A stretch of DNA of 45,766 bases from contig JADIIX010000007.1 of NCBI GenBank assembly GCA_027604505.1, positions 248,001-293,766 of the forward strand, read 5' to 3'. Source of the stretch: Gonapodya sp. JEL0774 (Eukaryota). The position numbers were made by a program, and so were the translations under genes. Of this stretch, positions 38,401 through 45,766 are shown in pieces; within the stretch, counting starts at the first letter, position 1; each line of letters opens with the position of its first letter. The notes beneath the pieces were generated by a model. That model had not been told where the DNA came from, made no database searches, and saw only the letters and a list, made by a program, of their open reading frames with translations.

Positions 38401-41400
38401 GGCCTCCGGGGAACGACCGCGAACGGACGCTCAAAGGAGCGACGGTGAAACGTTTAATTCTGCAATACCACCAGCTGGTGGTCAGACATGGCGCCCAGGC
38501 ACTGTCGCTCGCGGTGCCGGAGCGGGCTCGATATCGGGAAAGGCAGGGGCACCAATCTCAGCCCCTACGTCGTCTCCATCTCAAATTCCCGCGCAAGTGG
38601 CGCTAGTGCCGAATCGACCAAAATTTCAAGCTGACCCATTAGTGGAGGCGGCGCTGAAAGATGCGGTTGGAGAGGATGTGTGGTCCACTATGAGAGAGGC
38701 CGATGGGGGCCGAAGGTTTGAAGTTTGGGGGGAAGTAGTGGGGAGTGTCGGGGAGGTGTGTTTATTTGGTGTATTTCTGTGCAATCGCGGCATCCTTGCC
38801 TGACACTCGTCGTCTTTGGCCATGATCCAAAATGTTCAGGCGTCCAATCTTCTCACTTCGCTTCGTACATCCCGCGCCAATCTTCTCCGCCGCCTATCCC
38901 ACCTTTCCGCCTCCTCTCTACGTCGCCACCTCGTTCGTTCACACAACACCATCTACCCTTCCGGTCGTCGTCTGGTACGGGACTTGGCTTCGTTCTGGCG
39001 ACGTAACGAACGCGAAGAACGGGAGCGACAAAGGAGAGCGGAACGAGAAGAATTAGAGAGAAGGAGAAGGGAAGAGGAGGATAGGGAGACGAGGAGGGCA
39101 GGGAGAAAACTGGAATTTTTGATCAAGCAAACTGAGCTGTACAGTCACTTCGTTGCAAAGAAAAGTGGAGGGGAGGTAGACCTGGATGCGACCGGTGTCG
39201 GCAAGGGTAAAGATCCGGTTGGGTCATCACTGGATTTCGCTACTGTCACAGACGATGCGCTCAATGCTCAGGCCAAGTCCGAAGCCCTTGCAGCAGTCGC
39301 ACGAACCCGCAAAGCCGCGAAGTCATTCGACGAAGATCACAGACGACAGCAGAGGGAGGCTGAGGCGGAAAGAGAAGGCGGTTCTCCAATCTCTGACGGT
39401 GCCACTGCTCCTGTGGCGCTAGCTGGCGCTATTGATGAGATGCTTTTGGGTGCGCCTGATAGCGAAGATAAACCCGTTGAAGTTGGACAGCCAAGGATGC
39501 TTACTGTGCCATTGAAGCCTTATCAATTGAAAGGACTGAGTTGGCTGGTGAATCTCTATGAGCAAGGCATCAATGGCATTTTGGCAGATGAGATGGTATG
39601 TGTGGCACAATGGAACGCGAAAGCCTGGGTAGTTCCTAGTCATCTTTTGCCCACACTGATGAGGTCTCTTTGTCCCCAGGGTCTCGGTAAGACGATTCAA
39701 TCTATTTCTCTCATGGCGTATCTCGCCGAAACCCACGATATCTGGGGCCCGTTCCTCGTCGTTGCTCCTGTATCTACACTCCACAACTGGCAACAAGAGA
39801 TTGCCAAGTTTGCACCATCGCTCCGGGTGCTTCCGTATTGGGGGAACGCCAATGACCGCAAAGTGCTCAGAAAGTTTTGGCAGAGACGAAAACTAAGGAC
39901 TAGGGATGCGCCATTTCACGTCCTGGTAACCAGCTATCAGTTGGTGTTGACAGACGAGGTGTACTTCCAAAAGTTGAAGGTGAATCGGAACGTTCTGATT
40001 TCTCAATAGAGATGGACTATTGGATGCAATGTTACATCTGCCGTTGCACAGTGGCAATACCTGATACTTGACGAGGCACAAGCCATCAAGAGTTCATCGA
40101 GTTTGAGATGGAATGTTCTGCTAAAATTTAGCTGTCGAAATCGTCTCCTACTGACCGGGACCCCCATTCAGGTTCGGCTGATTACCGTTGGGAGTGCTTT
40201 CAATGCCAGTCGACTAATCGTCTTTTGTCCCGCTTCAAATGGTCAGAACTCAATGCAAGAGCTCTGGGCACTTCTTCACTTCATTATGCCGTCTTTCTTC
40301 GATTCACACACAGAATTCGCCGAGTGGTTCTCAAAAGATATCGAGGCACACTCGAAAGATTCGAAGTCCACCCTTAACGCTGACCAACTCCGACGATTGC
40401 ATATGATTCTTCGTCCTTTCATGTTGCGGCGCATAAAACGAGATGTGGAGACTGAGCTGGGGGAGAAGATCGAACGTGATGTTCTGTGTACCATGACGCT
40501 GAGGCAGAAGCGAATGTATGAAGGCCTTCGGGAGAAGATCACGTTACAAGAGCTCTTGCAGAGGGCTGATCTCAATGAGCGAGACGCTGTTTCAAGTCTC
40601 ATGAATCTCGTCATGCAACTTAGGAAAGTGTGCAACCATCCGGAGTTATTCGCAAGGGCCGAAGTTCGAACACCCCTGCAAGTGTGCGAACTCGGAGGGA
40701 GATTGTCCACTCCGTCTGTAGGAAAGGGAGGAGATCTTGAACACTGGGTGAGCGAGGCCCCCGCAAATCCAATTCTCCTGGAAGTGCCCAGGCTTATTTA
40801 TGATGCTGGACTTGTAAACATGGGTGCGGACAACACTGTGAGGAAGCGAAGTCTTACTTTTGGCGTTGCGGATCACCTTCGAAATATCTGGAGACCAGAG
40901 TACATTGCCGAAACTATGAAGACAGGGATAAGTTACGGTATGTTCAGGTTTGGAGCTCAACTCACGTGCGCTACTCATCTTATTGCGGAAACAAAGGAAC
41001 CTTCGATTTTTCTCGCCTGCTGGGGTTATCCCCGCTCGAAGTCTCAGACCTGATTTTAGGTACACCAGCTGAACGTGCCGTGAGGAACCTCCTGCTCTCA
41101 AATGCGGCCAAATCGAACCCACTGAGGGAGCCCAAAGGGACTTTGCAGGATCTCCTTGTGTGTGATCCTCTAGAAGATGATTTTGGCTCCACGCTGCACA
41201 TCTGCACAGATCTCTCGCGAATAAGTAAAGAGTTTGCTGCGTATTCGATTCTGCGAAGGCGACCAGTGTTCATGCCTGCTGTGAGTTGTGCTCCAAGAAT
41301 ACGGCGTGCAATTTTGAACAGTTTTGTCAATATCAATATTCCATGTACCTAGGCTTCCGCTCCTCCGATCAACCTCAAGATCTCGTCTCATCGTTTTGTT

Positions 41401-42356
41401 AACCAGCAGGCAGATGCCTTGTTGTCCGCCGATTCGCGGGCGCTTGTGTTTGCATCTACCTGGCTCAACTCAGTAAACCCGTCTGTGGCAATGAACGTTA
41501 AAGAGCTTTGTGAGCGAACAGGTCTGCACTTAGAATCCGAATCGAAGCAAGGCTTTACTAATGTGGTGATTCCGAGTGAGTGCTTGATTGAGTTTTTCCA
41601 TAAAAGCTGTTGTTGTTGACAAACCTCTTTGCAACCTTGCCAGATCCGATCAAGATTGTCACAGACAGTGGGAAGATGCACGAACTCGATGTGCTCCTCG
41701 CAAGACTGAAATCTGAGGGGCATCGAGTTCTGATATTTTTTCAGATGACCAAAATGATTGACCTGTTCGAGGAGTATTGCAGTTACCGAAATTATCGATA
41801 CCTCCGACTTGATGGATCGACCGCTATTACAGATCGTAACGCAATGGTTTCGGACTGGCAGAGCAAGTGAGTGTTATAACGTGTTCTATGGTGTCTTGGT
41901 CCTGCTTGAACGAGCCATCCTGCCAGACCGGAGTACTTCATATTCCTTCTGAGCACAAGAGCTGGCGGTCTCGGTATAAACTTGACAGCCGCCGATACCG
42001 TGATCTTTTACGATTGCGACTGGAACCCCACGGTAGATCAGCAGGCGATGGATCGGTGCCATCGCCTAGGACAAACAAAAACTGTCACGGTATACAAGCT
42101 TATCACACGAGGAACTATTGAAGAAAGGATTCAAATCCGGACGAAGCAGAAGACACAAGTCCAGAAAACTGTGATCAGTGGTGGGGAGTTTGAGGGGACC
42201 GTGCAGTTCAAGCCCCGTGAGATCGCTTCGCTGTTTATGGATGAAGGAGAGATGGATATGTCTGCACAACCTGTCGGGGAGACACAAACAGGAAATCTGG
42301 ATATTGCTTCTACAAAGACAAAAAGAGGACGGCCGCAAAAGATTGGGGAAAGCTGA
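35466..42356 (+). CDS. INO80: Ino80 chromatin-remodelling ATPase (SNF2 family, DBINO domain, split ATPase), long Pro/Gln-rich N-terminus
   Basis: [15 protein letters not shown]...[123 protein letters not shown]. The 5' extent (ORFs 35415-36962 and 36956-38803 joined by an in-frame intron from 36931) is less certain. Confidence 0.93.
35872..35880. other. Assembly gap (9 N) preceded by low-quality homopolymer-rich sequence
   Basis: nnnnnnnnn after a long G run; C runs over ~35665-35790. Confidence 0.95.
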
Positions 42357-42375
42357 TCGTGATTTCACCACCGTT

Positions 42376-44389
42376 TTACTTACCTGCACGTATTCCTATA
42401 GTATTACATACCCGTAAAGTGCTGCTCCATGTAGCGTTGTATATAGTGTTGACAATTCGACTTAGTTTTGAACCTCGCAAACGTGTCGTGCTCCCACTTT
42501 GGGGTAGTACTTCCTGTTTTGAGGGTATCTTCTTGCGATTAGCCATTCCAGTGAGCATACCGAACAAAGAAAGAGATCTACTCAAACGCGTGTGCTGCCG
42601 AGGGTGACGGGTTGCAGTGGCACTCTCTGTGTGTGCAGTGTGCAGTCAAACGAGAAAATAGCATCACCAATTTGACTTTGGAAGAAGTTACCTGCCGGTG
42701 TGGTATGCAAAGCAAGCTGCTCTCGAGAACTCCATCGATGTCTTGGCGAAGATAGCACTCATTGCAAACAGATTTGCCCGACTATTTTGCATTTTTAAAA
42801 TCAAAACTACTTTACTTGTGGGTAATATGTATGACATTCTTGCTTCTGCTGTCAACGTCATCATATTCTTGATCTTGTGCACAATAGTGAAGGGAAAGAT
42901 CGTTTCGCCCATCATCAACGATACAATATTCCAATCACCTTACCGACAATCTTGGTGTCTACCTCCAAAGTGATGCTCATTTTGCCATCTTGGCGATTTT
43001 AGTCCTGGCGCTCCTTGTTACCGGCTGCGAGATTCTAATTTGTTATTGATGTGCCGTCAAACGTTTCTACTCGATCCTACAAATCGAACTGATTGATCAG
43101 TTGGGCAATTTTGCAGTGATGCTGCACCACGAACATGAAACTTGCGTGGTCGTATCGGTGTTCGTGTTTCACGGACCTCGTTTCCCTTTATTGTTTGCGA
43201 GTCTGGGACAGGCGCTGCAGATAAGTGCTTTGTGGAGTCACTCCAACACTGATAGATGCACAAGAGAACCTCTGACACAGATCTTGCCGGCGCTGAGTCT
43301 TTTCCAAATCCGAACAAGTTTATGTGATTGAAGGGTAAAGAGGCAATACTTTGCAAACTTTTAATCATACAATCACTTGTTCAATCTTTTATATCCACCT
43401 CAAGCTTTGCATCCCTCTTTCTCTATGATAAACAAAGTGCGGTACTGCTCTTTTCGAGGGGGTTCATTCCCTGGCGTACGGCCTACGCAGCAGTCCTGCA
43501 GTAGTACACAACATTGCACGTCGTGCTCGCCTTAATCAACCCCTTGTCGGAGTTCAAACCTGAATAGCAGTTGAACCCGTGGTACTTGTTCGCGCCGGAC
43601 CCAGCGACGGTTCCAAACCCGAACGTGTTTGCGTTGGGGTAGATGGACCCGCGGAAATAGTTTCCATCTGCAAACGTCGCTTGGAACGAATATCCCTCCC
43701 ATTTATGCCACTTGTTTGTGCCCCCGTTGAAGAAACCGGCGTCGAAGCTGGTCGCCGCTGCTTCCCACCCGAGAGGTTGCGACGCAGTGCGAATGCTGGC
43801 TGGCCCGTTGTTGATCCAGAGGACTTGAGAGTAATAGGCACCAGATTTACCGCAGTTGACAAGGTAAATGTACTGGGGATGAGTGGGGAGGACATTTCAC
43901 GATTACGCCTTGTGAAATGATTGGCAACAATAGTGCGTTCCAAAGACATCATCACAAGGAAAAACGAACCTCGTTCGACTTTGCGTGAACGGTTGGGAAG
44001 ATGAAGGCGAGAAGGAAGACGCAGAGTGGTGCAAGCACAGCAATCACCGAGTGTCTCTGTGATGGGATTGGGGATTGGGTTCAATCGGGAATATATATGT
44101 TCGGGGAGCATTCTCACTGCGATGAACAGGTGTGCAATGCGGTGGGAAAACTCACCATCTTTTCTCGATAAGTCGGGAGAAAGGGAAAGATTGGGTGGAT
44201 CCGATGATCTTTCCGACGCGAGTGGATCCGATTGAGACCCTGTCGTTGCCACTCGAGTTTGAATGACGGCTCGACTTTTGTTCAACCCTTTTGGTGCATG
44301 GAACTGTTGTGCAGGTGGCTGTGACCGTGCTCACTGGCCTCGACTGCTGCTGGGGCCGTCATATACACCTTTGTGCCAGATGAGATCAT
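42376..44389 (-). CDS. Hypothetical multi-exon protein (orphan)
   Basis: ATG 44389 MISSGTKVYMTAPAAVEA, then a GTGAGC..AAG intron joining in frame to RLNKSRAVIQ; further donor after RKDG; downstream ORF fragments at 43057-43368, 42688-42918 and 42376-42585. No recognisable domain; 3' exons uncertain. Confidence 0.4.
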
Positions 44390-45766
44390 CCAGTCAAATG
44401 CAAAGATGACAGGCAAGCTTTAGTTTCCACTCGAGACTCGCAGACTAAACTTTCCCCGAAGCTCGTGCGTGCATGAACAAGGACGCGTTCCATGTGGATA
44501 TGTATCCGGGGCGGTGGGGTGTTCACAAACAAAGCTACGGTGCTGAGAACACAAGCAGACGACGGTGGAAACGCGTGATTCTGACCGGGAATTATTTGTC
44601 CATTTCTTTGTTACATATATGCGCAGAGATGAGGGCGGGGAGGGATCTTGACGGGGACAGCGGGCGACAGCCCCGTCAGGTCGGTGTCAAGCCACCGCCA
44701 CCACCGCCGACTGGGTTGGCCCCTCCCGGTGATCCTTCGAGTCTTCCATGTATTTATGACTTAATGGCTCAAAACTGAGTGCACATGAGAACGTGTGTTG
44801 TTCTTGGAGTGCGGTTGTCGGTGTTGCATGGACTGTGATCATCCCACAACAAATTGAGGCCCTGGCGGCGGGGACCGATCACAGCCACGTTATGTATACA
44901 TATATGGATGTACAAACAGTTCCACCCTTTACATATAGAATAATCTACATCACAATAATATGTTGAGGAACAAAACTCGACCGTTGGTTCCAACTCGCCG
45001 ACTATAGGACTAATAGTAGACAGCAGCGAGTGCTTGCACTGGAAATTGTGACAAACCACGCACAGAAAACTACAATCGCATGTTCTTGCTCGTAAGTGGT
45101 ATAGTATGCACGCATTCCGTCTTGTAGAACAACTCGAAACCCCGCTTCCTCTATGACGACCGACAAATCATCAATAAATTTAAAGTTCCGAATCTAACGG
45201 AACTAGAAAGAATTATTGGGAATAGATATTTACATATTTAGTGTTGAGACAATGATGAAAGACAGATGTACCAGGAGAGGATTGACCTCCATTCCCTTGT
45301 TCCATCAATCCCAGTGCTGTTGGCTGGATCAGGTTTCTGAAGTGGGCGGGCGCGCTCTGAGCATTTTCCTGGCTGCGATAAAATTTTTAAATCTGTTTAT
45401 TCTGTTCTCTTTTTTATTCCCTCTACATAGTTCCCGAGTGGGCCCGGATTGTCCTACGTATGTAGTACATACATTCAGAGCAGAGGATGGAGGGTGGGGC
45501 CGGGCCGCGGGGGCGGGAGCCAGGGCCGTTTGCCATGTGTTTTTGGGAGTATGTAAATATACGTCTGTACATATGTATGGAGTGTGAACCGGACGGATCG
45601 ATTTGTCAAAGCACGTGGAGTGCGGCACCGGGCCAAGGGGTCAACGGACCACACCGGAGATGGGGGGGGGGGGGGGGGGGGGCCCCCCCGGATGAGAGTG
45701 ATCAAGAGTGGGTCAATGGCTAAAAAAAAACGACGACTGCAAAGAGAGAAAACCAGACATACCCTG

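Noticed and set aside
45480..45766. G-run/C-run palindrome-like tract at the window end
   Set aside because: Resembles a degraded read end like the sequence flanking the gap; not a telomere repeat or recognisable TIR.
1..45766. Numerous antisense and alternative-frame ORFs over the main genes; possible selenoprotein/SECIS, tRNA or CRISPR signals
   Set aside because: Shadow ORFs are expected in GC-balanced coding DNA. No in-frame UGA in a redox motif, SECIS fold, cloverleaf or repeat-spacer array was found by eye.

Overview
Gene-dense, intron-rich fungal chromosomal segment; the gene set and short GT-AG introns suggest an early-diverging (chytrid-like) fungus, which is an inference. In order: 3' part of importin-4/Kap123 (+), hosting an intronic box C/D snoRNA predicted to guide LSU rRNA Am2946 (snR71/U29-like); a homeodomain protein (-); Nug1/GNL3 GTPase (-) head-to-head with a Tra2/SR45a-like RRM protein (+); COP9 subunit CSN1 (-); a DUF5092-like tail-anchored protein (-); Kin1/MARK kinase (-); MutL-family PMS1/PMS2 (+); a PPR protein (-); a ~3.7 kb strongly CpG-depleted island of decayed gene relics; Ino80 (+, with a 9-N assembly gap); and a probable orphan multi-exon gene (-). 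No prokaryotic-type system, CRISPR array, tRNA, rRNA or intact transposon was seen. The most notable non-obvious signals are the intronic snoRNA, the CpG-erased island, a recurring exon-scale C-rich-to-G-rich polarity visible at synonymous sites, frequent AAG acceptors, a candidate 9-nt micro-exon and very short intergenic distances. Exon boundaries were read by eye.
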